A stretch of DNA of 64,000 nucleotides from Octopus vulgaris (GCA_951406725.2 OX597815.1:136648001-136712000); one strand, 5' to 3'; counted from the stretch's first letter, positions 1 through 13,250 are shown. Notes: generated from the letters alone by a model not told the origin. Numbers and translations are program-made.

Positions 1-1022
1 ATTGCTCTGAACTTTCAATTTCTCTTTCTACCACTTCTTATTACAGGATACACAGATAGATGTAAGCCTTTATTTGGCTTCTTTATGCAATTACTTGTTA
101 ACTGCAGGTAGGCTGTCTGCTTAAGAAAGAATTGTAAGCAAGTTCAGTTAATTGATAGAAAGCCAGTACTAAGCAGTAATGTCTAGCTTGCATATGGAGC
201 TAAAATAAGAAATTTCATTTGTAGATCTTGAGCAGAATAAGTATCTTAGATATTTATTATATTGTTATAGTGATAACCTATTCCTTTGCACGAATTCCAT
301 TTTATTCTTTCGCAGAAAGTTTAATTGCAAAAATTCCTAATGAAAATAAAAATTGAGCAGAAGGTTATCTCTTGTTTATCATATTACACCCACCACAAGA
401 AATTTTCTTTCAGTGTAAACGATTATATGACACAGTAGAAATCAGCAAAGAGTTTCGTGCAATACTAATCAATATATTTGGAGGACAACTCTTTGTTCAT
501 GATATAAAGGCTCGAACTGTGAGCCGAAAAGCCTATGCTTAGTAATCCGTCATTGAGTATCTTCATTATTGAAAATCGAAGTAAAGAGTCAACGCGCAGT
601 TAAATCACGCAGCAGCAAACAACGTAAACGACATGTGAGTTGCTTTTTCTAACCGACCTGCGCTCTTTTCAAGTAATTCGAGGTATTTACAAAATAAGGG
701 GAAGACATTGAATGATATGATATTAAAAATATTTTGATATAGTTCGCTCATTTGTTTTCATATTTGCTCCGAACTCATGTGTTTTTCTGGGTTTTCTTTC
801 AAACCAATGTTACGGTAATTGCTAATCTACGAGATTAGATTTACTGTTATTAACCAAACAAACACATATGCACACATATTTCTTTCATGTCATCCGTAGG
901 CAATAAATTACACTCGATATTTCAGTCAATACACACACAGATGCAGAGACACACGCTCACATATACAGATACAGAGACCACGCTCACACACATATATATA
1001 CATACATACATACATACATACA

Positions 1023-1053
<31 letters not shown>

Positions 1054-1077
1054 TTGTATATAAAAATATTGAAATGA

Positions 1078-1350
1078 GGGAGCATGGGCTAACGATTAGG
1101 GTGCTGTAGCCACGATCACAAGATCATGGTTTCATTTCCTCGCCCGTGTGGTACAGAGTGTTCTTGAGCAAAGCACTCTATCTCTCATTGCTCGGAGGTC
1201 ACTTCAACGCCAGACACATGGTAAACCATGCACCTTTTTAGGTAACATTGATTTGACAGACGAAGTGAACTAATTAACAGCATAGACATTTGATTATTAT
1301 AAACGAAGTATATGTGACGGCTGTTCAGCAAGAGATTCTCGAACTGCAAC
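1078..1350 (+). mobile_element. Degenerate tRNA-derived SINE
   Basis: tRNA-like head (GGGAGCATGGGCTAACGATTAGGGTG...GGTTTCATTTCC) followed by GTGTTCTTGAGCAAAGCACT, similar to the head of the SINE at 6890-7220. Confidence 0.55.
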
Positions 1351-1578
1351 AAAATACAAACATATGTCCACGTACATTCGGCAGCCTGAATTAGACGAGA
1401 TAGGTTCCTGTAGCGTTCCTATGAAACTTAAAGTTTTATGGGGCTAAATCAAAATGTTCTAGATAACACGAACACACAAAGACACACACAGGCACATAGA
1501 CACACATACACACACATATACATAATGTATCTCTGTTTGTTTGTATGTATGTATGTATGTATGTATGTATGTATGTAT

Positions 1579-1794
1579 ATCGCTTCTGATTTTTTAATAT
1601 TTCACTGAGGAGGGAACTGTTTTCCAACAAAGATACAAGGCTCCATCTTTGGGATGTAGTTAACACACACACATTCACATTTGGAACTTGAGAAAAGTCT
1701 TGCATATTTTTACTGTTCCTCTCGCAGATTGGACTTATAATGTCCGAATCAGCCGGTCAATTTCTCTTTCTTAAAATCCCAATTTATCCAGATT
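1579..1794 (-). mobile_element. 3' tip of an RLE-type non-LTR retrotransposon, bounded by (CATA)n
   Basis: Minus strand translates NLDKLGF*EREIDRLIRTL*VQSARGTVKICKTFLKFQM*, homologous to the C-terminus of the neighbouring element (ORF 1939-2175); (TATG)n on both sides. Confidence 0.75.
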
Positions 1795-1921
1795 ATGTAT
1801 GTATGTATGTATGTATGTATGTATGTATGTATGTATGTATGTATGTATGTATGTATGTATGTATTTATGTATGTATGTATGTATGTATGTATGTATATAT
1901 GTAAGTATGTATGTATGTATT

Positions 1922-3330
1922 CTCATGCATATAGTTGCCTATCTAGACATCTTCATGATAAACTTCCGGAAAATTTTACAGATTTTTACAGTTCCAGTGA
2001 TAGATTGGATCTGTAGTCTTCGAATCAGCTTTCTCCTTTCTGGTTTTAAGAAGCCTAATTCCTCAAGATTGGCATTTAGGCGGTGTGTTTCATATCTCAG
2101 GGCCCCTGAACATGTAAACTGGATAGAGTAACGGCAGATTCCTCGATAGTTCAGAATAGGTATTCTCTTTTTCACTGATTTTCAGCTTTATGTTAACATC
2201 CACTGGGAAGCTAATTTCTACAACTGTGGACAGTTTGTCTTCTCTATCCCAAATCATTATTTCAGGTGTGTTGTACTTACATTTTGTTGTGGTCTCCACT
2301 GATACATTCCCCCAGGATTCGAATTTGTTATGAGGGTCTATGGTTTCTACCATATTGTGGGTTCTTATTTCTTTGTCCTCGGGATTATCCTCGTTACGGA
2401 TTTCATTATCTAGTGTCCTAGCTATAACTTCATGTCTCATCGGTATATAATACTGTAATGACAATTTCGGACACCTGCTTATGATGTAGTTGATATCTTC
2501 AGTGTGAACTCCACAAAGTATGCATCGGCTGTTACACTTTACGGCTTTACCTGCATCTCTATCCCTTTTGTGCATCAGGTACTTGGCTGATATTTCCTGT
2601 TCCTGGATTGCAAACGCATACTCTTCAAAATGGGAGATAGTAATCAAACAAAGTGTGTTGCTCAAGCAGTTACCTCCCAAGTCTAGTGATGTTTTCAGCC
2701 TCATGTATGCAAACTTGGTCAAGGGATACACTTCGACACTTGGTGGTTAAAAGATGTTGCCAAAGGGATATGATGCGATATTTAAAGGCATTTTAGATAG
2801 ATGTTAAGCCTCTTCCACCTTGTTTTTGTCTTAGGTAGAGGCGGTCTACATCACTGTTTATGTGGAAATTATGTATACTTATTATTTTTTGGGTTTTCAC
2901 ATCAATGGCTCGGATCTCATCAAACTGCTCAAATGTTGGTATGACTACTGGCACAGCAAACACATTGTGGGGCATTATTTTATGGAATGCAGAGAGTCCT
3001 GAGATCCAAATTTTCTTTATTCGGCTGTAATATTCTTTAGTGACACGTGTTTTGTTACGGGTGCCAATGTAAGATATATTTTCCTCCACTCCTAGATAAC
3101 TGTAACATTCCTCGTCAGATACATGGGAAACAGTCATGGGAGATATTAATAGGCTGGTTTATAGCCTTCCCACTTTTCACAACCATATAACATTTATCCA
3201 GACGAAACTCCAATTCTACATCCTTTGAGAATGTCGTAACTAGGTCAACGCTCTTTTTCATCTCATGCATATTCTTTGCATAGTTTCAAGTCATCCACTG
3301 AGAAACAGTGTGTAATTTATGTTTCCTTGT
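1922..3330 (-). mobile_element. 5'-truncated, frameshifted RLE-type (R4/Dong/NeSL-like) non-LTR retrotransposon
   Basis: RT motif ITHCFSVDDLKL near 3290-3320, YSYLGV, DVDRLYL..KQGGRGL, zinc knuckle CILC..YIISRC, RHE, endonuclease region TPEIMIWD..VEISFP; 3' end runs into (CATA)n. Confidence 0.9.
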
Positions 3331-4234
3331 TTCCTGATATTAATTAATAGTAGGCGATGGATTTCGTATTAGACTTTTATTAGATGCTACATATGTTTCG
3401 ACCCAACATTCTGCGTCTCATTTGTGACTATTTACCTTGATGAGAAAACTTTGCATTCTTTCATGAAAAATAGTAACTCCAGTGTGATTAATGACTTGGT
3501 ATTAAACAATATATCAATTCCGTATTCTCAAACTCTAGGAAAATTAAATGATGAAATACTAATAAGTCGCAAAACCTATTAACCCCTATTGCCCCATAAA
3601 AACAGATATTTTTCTCATTTTAAGAAATATATCATTAAATTTTAGGTCTACTTATATTTCAATGGGTTTACGATTTTCCATTTATATTCAAAGGCGTATT
3701 ATTAGATGAATAGTCAAACAGGTCCAGTGAAGCATTTCGATAACGATATTGTACTAAAGAGTTTATAAATACTAATCGGTTTCCGGTCATTAACTGTACT
3801 TATATCACGTTTTGTCTCTCGCATTCCCTTTCTCTCTCATTCTCTTTCTCTCTCATTCTCTTTCTCTCTCACTCATTCTATAATTCTCTCTCACACTCAC
3901 ACTCTCACTCACTCACTTTCTCTCTGTCTCTCTCACTATCTTTCTTTCTTGTATGAAGGTGAATTTATTTAGCTGTTTATATGAACTAACTTTTAATCTG
4001 CTCTTTAATAAAATCATTCAACACATTATGTACGTTTAAAGTATGAGAATTGTACTGTTTTATTGTTGCCATCTTTGTACACGTTTCCTAAAATGATTAT
4101 TGTGATAACACACAAATTTAATTATGTAAATAGCGCCAACACTGCAGCATATTCTATCAAGAGCAGAAAAAACATAGTAAGATTGATATTTTCTTTCTAC
4201 AATAGTCACAATGCCAATATTAATAATAATAGCC

Positions 4235-4430
4235 CTTTATGCTATAGGCACAAGGCCTGAAATTTGGGGACAGGGTGTTAATCGATCACCTCCACCCAAT
4301 GGCCAACTGGTACTTATTTTATCGAAGCAGAAAGGATGAATGTTAAGATCGACTACAGAGGCTTCTGAACTAAAAGCTTAATGACGGACCAAATGCTACT
4401 AGGAATTTTGCCCGGTTTGCAAGCGATTCT
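4235..4430 (-). mobile_element. SINE family B (tRNA head, central GTCGAT..AAGTACC domain), degenerate
   Basis: Matches the copies at 31128 and 50803 (AGGCACAAGGCCTGAAATT...GGTACTTATTTTATCGA..GAAAGGATGAA). Confidence 0.75.
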
Positions 4431-4549
4431 CGGTATATATATTTACCATATAAATTTATAGCTGATTCAGCAAAATGATGATGAGAAAATATAAAGTAAC
4501 GCAGGCAGCTATACGCAACATAAAGCCAGGAAAAAATATGTGTATAAAC

Positions 4550-4592
<43 letters not shown>

Positions 4593-4722
4593 TATATAAA
4601 TATATGTATATATACCTACCGTATACAAACACAATCACACACACTCTCACACACATATATATATATATGTATATATTTATAAATATATGTACCCATACCC
4701 ATACATACACACAAACACACAC

Positions 4723-4764
<42 letters not shown>

Positions 4765-4789
4765 GTGTCCTTGCTGAGCAAACTCAAAT

Positions 4790-5452
4790 CCTAAATAGTA
4801 TCTCCCAGGGAACTGCGTTGGAGTCATTACTGTTCATAATAGCCCCCATAGACACCCCCACGGTCACTCTGACAGCCACTGTTACTAGCTATGCCGATTA
4901 TGCAAAATTATCACAGGCAATGAAAAATCAAGATGATGTCGCAAGCTTACAACAGGACCTGAATTCTATATACAAGTGGGCCGAAGTAAACAACATGCAG
5001 TATAAAGTTGGAGAATTTCAAACACTGCACTGTCAACTCACCAATGTACTACAACCTACATATAGAGGACACGAAGGCACTACAATCCCAGAATCACAGG
5101 CAGTGAAAGACCTGAAGAACTGCATGTGCAATGACGCATCATTTTCTATGATTCTTACCAAGATAGCAGCAAATTGCGAACACCTGGCAGGATGAATAAT
5201 GAGATCCTTCAAGACAAGAAACCAAGAAACTATGTTGACCCTGTGAAGAACACTTCTCCTCAGCTGCCTTAACTACGGTTCCCAGTTATGATCACCACAT
5301 AATGCCAAACTAATAGCGGAGCTTGGAGCAGTCCAACCCTAAAAATATTGAAACAGTGTAGTAGATGTGCTACAGGAATAGGTTGAGAAAAATGCAACTA
5401 TACTCCCTGGAGCGAAGGCGCGACAGATATACAATAATCTACATATGGAAAG
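4790..5452 (+). mobile_element. Degenerate CR1-group LINE RT 3' fragment
   Basis: LLFIIA..SYADYAK..LQQDLNSIYKWAEVNNMQ..VKDL and LQLYSLERRRDRYTIIYIWK, homologous to RT at 56771-57540. Confidence 0.9.
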
Positions 5453-5469
5453 GTACAGAATTTTTTTTT

Positions 5470-5675
5470 GCACTGGTAGATGGTGAAAACTCTGAAATTT
5501 AGTTGGTTATTACGTACACATCTATATGTTCACTCAAAGGAATTTGCCTCTACTATGGAAGACAGATCTGGTCCTAAAGTAGTGTTGTTCTCCGTCTATG
5601 TGACATACTTGTCTGCCCTATATAGTTATGTACACAATCTGAACAAGTTACAACAAAAATTAGATTCTCCGAAGT
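5470..5675 (-). mobile_element. Penelope-like element GIY-YIG endonuclease fragment
   Basis: TSENLIFVVTCSDCVHNYIGQTSMSHRRRTTL matches the PLE endonuclease pattern (NLIY..xC..C..YIGQT..L..R); truncated against (TA)n. Confidence 0.8.
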
Positions 5676-6619
5676 ATATATATATATATATATAACGTAC
5701 TTGCAAGAGGATGCGTGGCGTTCAATCATATAATGATATAAATAATATATATACATACGTATATGTACATACTTACATCTATTTATAAGTATATATATAT
5801 TTGTGTGTGTTTGTGTGTGTGCATATGTGGGCACAGGACGCCACGACACGTTTACAACAACAACAACAACAACAAAAATACAATGCACGACTACATGGAA
5901 CATGAACTATTCTTACCGAACAACGAAAGACACAAATGGAAAACGAGACAAACAACATAAAGAACGACCCTTCATCAGTTCTTGGCTGTTTTTCTAGTCT
6001 CGTATTTCGAGCATTTAACAACAATATGCGCTTTTGATAAAATAGTTGCTCCTGCAAAGCAAGTTAAGTAAAATTTGGGATTTTGCCGAGGGTCAAAATT
6101 GGTAACACAAACAGGACAGTGAAAACAAACTGGAAGGGCTGCTAAGCCTAAACGAAGTTGTGGTAACGAACGCGTAAATAAAGCTAGAACAGGTGACAAA
6201 GAAGAACACCTCTTCCTTCTTCCAGCTACAACATAGAGAAAGAAATAAAAATACCTATGTTCACGTGGGAGTCTCGTGAGCAAGGGCGGATGAATGAGGG
6301 AGTGGGATTGACAGAGTAATAGGATAGAATAGTGGGAGAAGTGAAGGTAAAGAATAAGAGAGAAAAACGTAAGAGTAAAAAGATCGTATAGAGTGCGCAT
6401 CAGAATTATTAAGATAAAACTTACTTCGAAGAGGATGAATGGAGTAAATTTAGTAGAGTTAGAGGTTGGAATAACCGTCTAACGGATAAAAATATCAGTT
6501 TTACTACCGGTATAATTACCTATGTTAACTCTGGATATATATATGCAAGCATATTATCCTCATAGTGTACAGACAATGACAAAGATAAACACGAATTTAT
6601 CATTAATCAAATTTAAAGT

Positions 6620-6827
6620 AAACAGAAATTGGAGAAATATTGATCATCAACTATTGACTAACATTGATTATTATCCCATCTAACAGCCGTTTCTGTTTCC
6701 AATGTTCCAAAACCGCGGGAAATTGTAACAGAAACGGCTGTTAGATGGGATAAAATTTTTGTATTTAAAAAAATAATAATTGATGTTAGTCAATTGTTAT
6801 TGATCAATATTTCTCCATTTTCTGTTT
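6620..6827. repeat. Imperfect inverted repeat abutting (TA)n, containing a hammerhead-like 3' half
   Basis: Arms about 6620-6703 and 6722-6827 are reverse complements; GAAAC-GGCT-GTT at 6731-6742. Confidence 0.85.
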
Positions 6828-6828
6828 C

Positions 6829-6889
<61 letters not shown>

Positions 6890-6893
<4 letters not shown>

Positions 6894-7217
6894 GTAAAGA
6901 CCCCCTTCGGTCATGAATGACCATGGGATTGCACCTAGAAAGTTACCCTCCTAGACACAAGTCCGGGCAAGGTTGTTTATGGAAGACCAGCAGTCGCCCA
7001 TGCATACCGGCCTCCCCTCTCCACGCCACCAGTGTTATCCAAGGGAAAGACAAAGGTCGATACAGCTTGGCACCTGTGACGTCGCAACTCATTTCTACAG
7101 TTGAGTGAACTGGAGCAACGTGAAATAAAGTGCCTTGCTCAAGAACACAACACGCAGCCCGGTCCGGGATTCGAGCTCACAACCTCACGATCGTAAGCTC
7201 GACGCTCTAACCACTGA

Positions 7218-7220
<3 letters not shown>
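6890..7220 (-). mobile_element. tRNA-derived SINE family C
   Basis: Minus strand begins GGCTCAGTGGTTAGAGCG (A box) ... GAGCTCGAATCCC (B box); embedded in (TA)n. Confidence 0.85.
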
Positions 7221-7281
<61 letters not shown>

Positions 7282-7422
7282 CATACATATATGTGTATAT
7301 ATATATATGTACATATATATATATATATATATATATGCATATATGTATGTATATATATATATATACACACACATGTATATATATTTATACATGTGTGTGT
7401 ATGTATATATGTATGTATATAT

Positions 7423-8144
7423 ATTTAACAATTAAGGATAACTTCTTAATAAGGGATCTTAACAAGAAATTATCAGGTAGTTAGCGTGAAAACCTCATAA
7501 AAGAAAAGAATTCGAAAATAATTTTTTTCTTTTGAACAAATTAATTTTTTAAATGTCTTGCTTTGAAGAGCTGCATTTAGGTATGATTAGTGTACTTTTG
7601 GTAGTAATGACTTTGTCCCTCTTAGTGTGAGGCATTTATGTGTATTAATGCCCTCTATACAATATAGATATAATTAATTTGTTCAAAAGAAAAAAATTAT
7701 TTTCGAATTCTTTTCTTTTATGAGGTTTTCACGCTAACTACCTGATAATTTCTTGTTAAGATCCCTTATTAAGAAGTTATCCTTAATTGTTAAATTTATT
7801 CCGAAATACTTTTCCTATCCGACATGCAGTTCGAAAAAGCCCGCCATTTACCGAATATATGATTTATAAACATTCCATGTGCTTGGCCGGAGTGAATAGA
7901 TGTCTGTTCGTCCTCGCTAGGTAAGGTTGGTGGTTTATTTATGATGTGTTCAGAATCAGTTCTGCTGAGGATCATAAGACGTAAGTTAAATGTGAAATCA
8001 CGGTGATACAGAACTAAATTCATTTTTTAAATGTCTTGCTTTGAAGAGCTGCATTTAGGTATGATTAGTGTAATTTTGGTAGTAATGACTTTGTCCCTCT
8101 TAGTGTGAGGCATTTATGTGTATTAATGCCCTCTATACAATATA
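7423..8144 (+). mobile_element. Non-autonomous PLE/retrozyme-like element: inverted arm plus about 1.25 copies of a 478-nt unit
   Basis: 124-bp inverted arms 7423-7546/7672-7795; 122-bp direct repeat 7545-7666/8023-8144 with one mismatch; hammerhead inside; TA-rich microsatellites both sides. Confidence 0.8.
7958..8015 (+). ncRNA. Type I hammerhead ribozyme
   Basis: Stem I AGTTCTG/CAGAACT (7 bp), CTGAGGA 7965-7971, stem II CAT/ATG plus GAC-GTAA-GTT (U-U at first position), GAAA 7994-7997, palindromic stem III ATCAC-G-GTGAT, AUA triplet, predicted cleavage after 8008. Confidence 0.8.
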
Positions 8145-8148
8145 AATG

Positions 8149-8212
<64 letters not shown>

Positions 8213-10216
8213 CATACGTACATTTATACAACTTTAGCAAGCATGTTTCTCCTTGCATTCTCTACGCTCACGCACAGTCACACAGTCACACACTCATGCA
8301 CCCAGGTACAAAAACGCACAAGTCCCAATTTCTGTATGGGATAATCATACTTTGCTACTTAAATACACGCTCATTCTTTTCGAATATTATTTAATCAGCA
8401 ATTATTCAGATAAGTACGTCACATAACAGAAAAATGCTTATATATTTTATCAAGGTTCTTCCAACAAGAAAAATGTTAATCACTGGAGTGGACCTCAGTT
8501 GTTGGATAAATTGCCTTATTTCATTATGTTATGTTATGATAACTTTCAGATAATGAGTTCATAGAGAATTTTAATGATAATGTCATTTAACTCAATAAAA
8601 AGTTGATACTCCAATATCTATGCAGTAATGCACACTTAACCTTAAATTTGAGAATTATTTTCATTCAGCTGATATATAAACGATTCCGTGGTATTTCTGC
8701 GATTGTATATTTCTCAGATTGTATATCTAGCTTTTTTCCCTTTCCCTTTATTATTGTATTACTTATGTAGTATTTCTGAAAGCATTATGTGAATTCAATT
8801 GTTAACAAGAAAATATGCTTGTAAGCATGTTTAGTTTATGCAGTATATGTCGACATATAGCTGTGTGTTACAGATATTCAATCATAAAGAAAGAACGCAG
8901 AAACATTCTCACCCAGACCTATTATTATATTATATTGCCACATATTCTACAGGATTGTCCTATATAGCTGACTTTAAAAAATTGTTTGATTACTAGGGAA
9001 GAGGTAGCTCGCTCGAATTGTATATTCGATACCGTGATACCGTGATGTATCCACGTGAAGTAAACTGAAATCTTGCTAAAACAATATGAAAACTACAAAA
9101 GGCGCCATAGTTGCATATATCGGGTTTTGTAAGCAATTGTCTCATTGAACATTTAAGTGGAAATTAGATAAAAGAGTGTATTGGATTCCTGCTATGAACA
9201 TGATGGCGGCTAGTAAACTGAAATTTGTAATTTATCTTCGCCGTGCAATTATGGAATTAAATGATTCGCCAAGCGATAGATATCAATATAGTGCAATTGT
9301 GATGAATACAGTCACATTTCCCTTTCGTCAAATGCATTTACGAACAAATGTACAGAGTATTATCATTGTCAAATGTTAATAAACTTAAGGTATACAAGAT
9401 AGGTGGATGTATGTATGCTTCTGTGTGTGTTTGTGTGTATGTGTGTGTGTGTATGTGTGTGAGTGTGTGTATGTGCGTGTATTTTTATGTGTGCGTGCGT
9501 GCACACACGCACACATTATTATATCTATAAGTGCATAATTATATCTATACTCACTGATCTGCATTCCTACGCGAACTTGGTAATTATAGTGATGATAGCG
9601 AAACACCCTCGTGAGTGATAAGAATAAACGGCCATGTGGGGGTCTATATATGTGTGTTTGTATATGAATTGATAGATATACATATAAATCTCTCTCTCCT
9701 CCATATATGTGTGTAGGTGTGTGGGAGAGAATTTTCTAGTTAGCTGTATTTAGTTATTTAATTCACCTAGTGGTCATGTTCAGTTGTTGATTGAATTTTC
9801 TCTAATTGGTAACCTCGTTTTTTATTGTTGGTATTACGTTTTCTTTTTATTACTAAAATTTGTGAAATACATTAATTAATTACTTGTATTTAATGATTAT
9901 TCTATCGATGGTATTTTTCTTCTGTTTTATTTTAAATTTCAGGTACAAATGAAAATCTGATTAATTTCATAAAATAAACCGAAAAATAAATAACAAAAAA
10001 AAATCAAATTGAAAGAAGACTGAAGGAAGTAGAATGAATCATAAAAATATATTGAATGACAGTGTGACGTTATATGTTTGCTTTTGAAGACTACTGAACC
10101 GTTATAGGCTTTAAAAGAGGATGAAAAGGAATAAGAATTGTATGAGGGAAACAGTAGCAGTTTGTGAAGATAAGGGAGAAAGAAGATATTTCGCTGGTTA
10201 AATGTGCAAGAAAGAA

Positions 10217-10275
<59 letters not shown>

Positions 10276-10302
10276 TTCATATATATGAATCTTAATTGAT
10301 TT

Positions 10303-10346
<44 letters not shown>

Positions 10347-10422
10347 TGGTGAGTGCGTGTGTGTTTGTGCGTGTGGATGTATTTTTGCATGTATATATAT
10401 ATATATAATGTTTATGTGTATG

Positions 10423-10456
<34 letters not shown>

Positions 10457-11844
10457 TGTATGTATGTATGTATGTATGTATGTATATGGAGAGATAATTG
10501 TGAGAGATGGAGTGGGAGAGAGTAAGAGATTGGGACTGTCAGAATATCAGTTTCCAAAGTCAGAGCACATTTCAAAATTGATATAAATCTAAATGTTATA
10601 GCTTTAGCAATATAAAAATTACATTGAATAGAAGTCAATATATTAAAGTGAAGTATTATATAACGATAAACATATGCCTTCAAACACGCACACTAGTTCA
10701 AGCCAATGGAAAAAAAAAACACATATATACACATGCAAGCACATACACACACACGAAAAGGTACACACATGCGCATAAGCTGACACAGAGATAAGGAGAC
10801 AGAGGCACATGCACACTCCACATGGATATATACATACAGATATACGCACATGTACAGTAACCGTAATATAACTAGGAAGGTACACCTTTCTAATTCTAAT
10901 AATTCTATGAAAATATGTTAGACGCAAAACCTTTCAGGGTGATGAAATGTTAAAAAATAAACAGAATACAGAGCCTCGAAGATAAAAAGGCATGATGTCT
11001 ATTTTACTCTATCTGGTTTCACTTACTAGATTTCGAACAACGTATTTTAGGCTTCTTCTCGATTATATCGATCCAGAAGTCTACGTGGTACGTATTCTAA
11101 CGAACTCGTAATGTGGACATTGAATATAAAGGAACAATCAAATGACATATTTGATACACCAATTCTGCGATTTGGGTTATGGTTCTCGCACACGCAAGCA
11201 CGCAAGCTCACACACACACTCACACAAACACTAGATGAAACGCACACACACACACACACACACATACTGGAATACGCTCAAATAAGGAAAACCTTGCACG
11301 CTCACACACGTACGAGCATACATATTCACTCATAGAACCCACTCAACCGCAACAACGCGCAGTTTACACGATACACTTTAACGCGCCCACACACTTAAGC
11401 ACACACGTACATGTGACAGAGATACACACACCTAACGTGTTCTCTCTTCTCCCTCCACATATAAAACAACTTCGGCCTCGCACCTTAAATCTTCTGTAGA
11501 CATAAGACTTACCGAATGCTAAAAAGACAAAGAAATAAACCCTTAATGAGGTCACAGATGGCTGGCAGACACCCCCTCCCACTAACACGCAAACGCAGAA
11601 AGCTGTCACACGAGAAAACACACAGAACAATACACACACACACACACACACATACGCGCACACACACGCACGCAATTCTTTCGTTTATTTTCACCTCTGC
11701 GCCTCATCTAAGCAAACACATACCTCCACACACACATACAAACCTTACGTTTATTTTAACATTTACCCCTCGTGTAAACAAATACATACCTACACACGCA
11801 AACATACAAACATGCATACACACATATATATATATATATATATT

Positions 11845-11941
<97 letters not shown>

Positions 11942-12174
11942 AATAAGAAGGGTAGTAATATTATTTACTACCAGGTACCCAGCACAAAAGACGAATTAGT
12001 TCATAAGACAAAATATTATTCATATAGAAAAATATTATTCATATAGTAATACAATTATATATGTATATATATAAACATATATAATATTATTAGAGACAAA
12101 ACCACTATTTTGCAAAACAAACAAGGAAAGACTTAATCAATACATAAAATTTTAATAAAAAGTCAAAAAAACCG

Positions 12175-12217
12175 CCACTACAATTGTTTCTTGTCCTGAT
12201 CGACAATCTTCAGGTGG
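12175..12217 (-). ncRNA. Minimal type I hammerhead ribozyme (mirror copy)
   Basis: Exact reverse complement of 12272-12314. Confidence 0.85.
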
Positions 12218-12271
12218 ACTTCCAATTTTCAAGTCAGTTTCAAATTTGAAACTGACTTGAAAATTGGAAGT

Positions 12272-12314
12272 CCACCTGAAGATTGTCGATCAGGACAAGA
12301 AACAATTGTAGTGG
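12272..12314 (+). ncRNA. Minimal type I hammerhead ribozyme
   Basis: CCAC-CTGAAGA-TTGTC-gatcag-GACAA-GAAAC-AATT-GTA-GTGG: 4-bp stem I, 5-bp stem II, palindromic stem III ACAATTGT, GUA triplet. Confidence 0.9.
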
Positions 12315-12504
12315 CGGTTTTTTTGACTTTTTATTAAAATTTTATGTATTGATTAAGTCTTTCCTTGTTTGTTTTGCAAAATAGTGGTTTTGTCTCTAAT
12401 AATATTATATAATATTTTACTATAAAATTGGATTTAATCCTAAATCTGATTTTTTTCCCTGTAAATTTGGATTTATTCCCTAATATTTATTATTTTATGT
12501 AAAC

Positions 12505-12536
<32 letters not shown>

Positions 12537-12574
12537 TTATATATATATATGTATGTATATCTATATATATATAA

Positions 12575-12706
<132 letters not shown>

Positions 12707-12845
12707 GACCAATACTCTGACTCAACGCACGATTTGAAGTGAGAAGTAAAAAATGTCAGAAAGTCGCTGAAAAGGTCGCTCAGAAATACGAAATATCTTT
12801 GACCAACAAACAAACAACCAATTGATTGCTTAACCAACACATTAA

Positions 12846-13044
12846 CCCTTTAGCATTTACACTGACCATATCAGGCCGAAATATCCTATTGGTTATGTGT
12901 TTAAACTTCCCACACCCATTTTACAATGTCATCTTAAAAATAAACAATCACATCCTTAAAATATCAAAGCTATGAAATACTGAATGATTAATTCACAACG
13001 ACATGAAACATTAGATTTGACAGAGTAATCTGAATACTAATGAA
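12846..13044. mobile_element. piggyBac-like MITE, degenerate
   Basis: TTAA-CCCTTTAGCATT...AATACTAATGAA-TTAA termini. Confidence 0.5.
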
Positions 13045-13250
13045 TTAAACAAATAATTGATTAGTTAGTTGGTTAGACATTTAACCAAGTGTCTGACAAT
13101 AAAGAAGTGCAATTGAACCTGTGCATTTCTTATTATCATTAGCGTAATGACTCTCATAACACACAACAAAATTTGCTTCGACACACGAAATTACATCAAG
13201 AGTCTTGCAACCGAAAATGAAGGATATATATATATATATACACTCACACT

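Larger units (their letters stand above)
12078..12411. repeat. Perfect 334-bp spacerless palindrome between TA-rich tracts
   Basis: Centre CAAA|TTTG at 12244/12245; both arms match base for base by eye. Confidence 0.95.

Noticed and set aside
3380-3430. Minus-strand GAC..GTC-GAAAC-ATAT-GTA as an intact hammerhead
   Set aside because: 5' core reads CAAATGA and stem I fails; counted only as a degenerate relic
5955-6015. Minus-strand GAAA..CTGATGA suggesting a permuted (type II) hammerhead
   Set aside because: No stem I or stem III pairing could be drawn
6890-7220. tRNA-like A and B boxes as a tRNA gene
   Set aside because: Continuous with a SINE body repeated elsewhere in the window; no complete cloverleaf evident
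10088-10160. ACTACTGA..GAAACAGTAGCAGT near (TA)n
   Set aside because: Core reads CTGAACC and no stem II is evident
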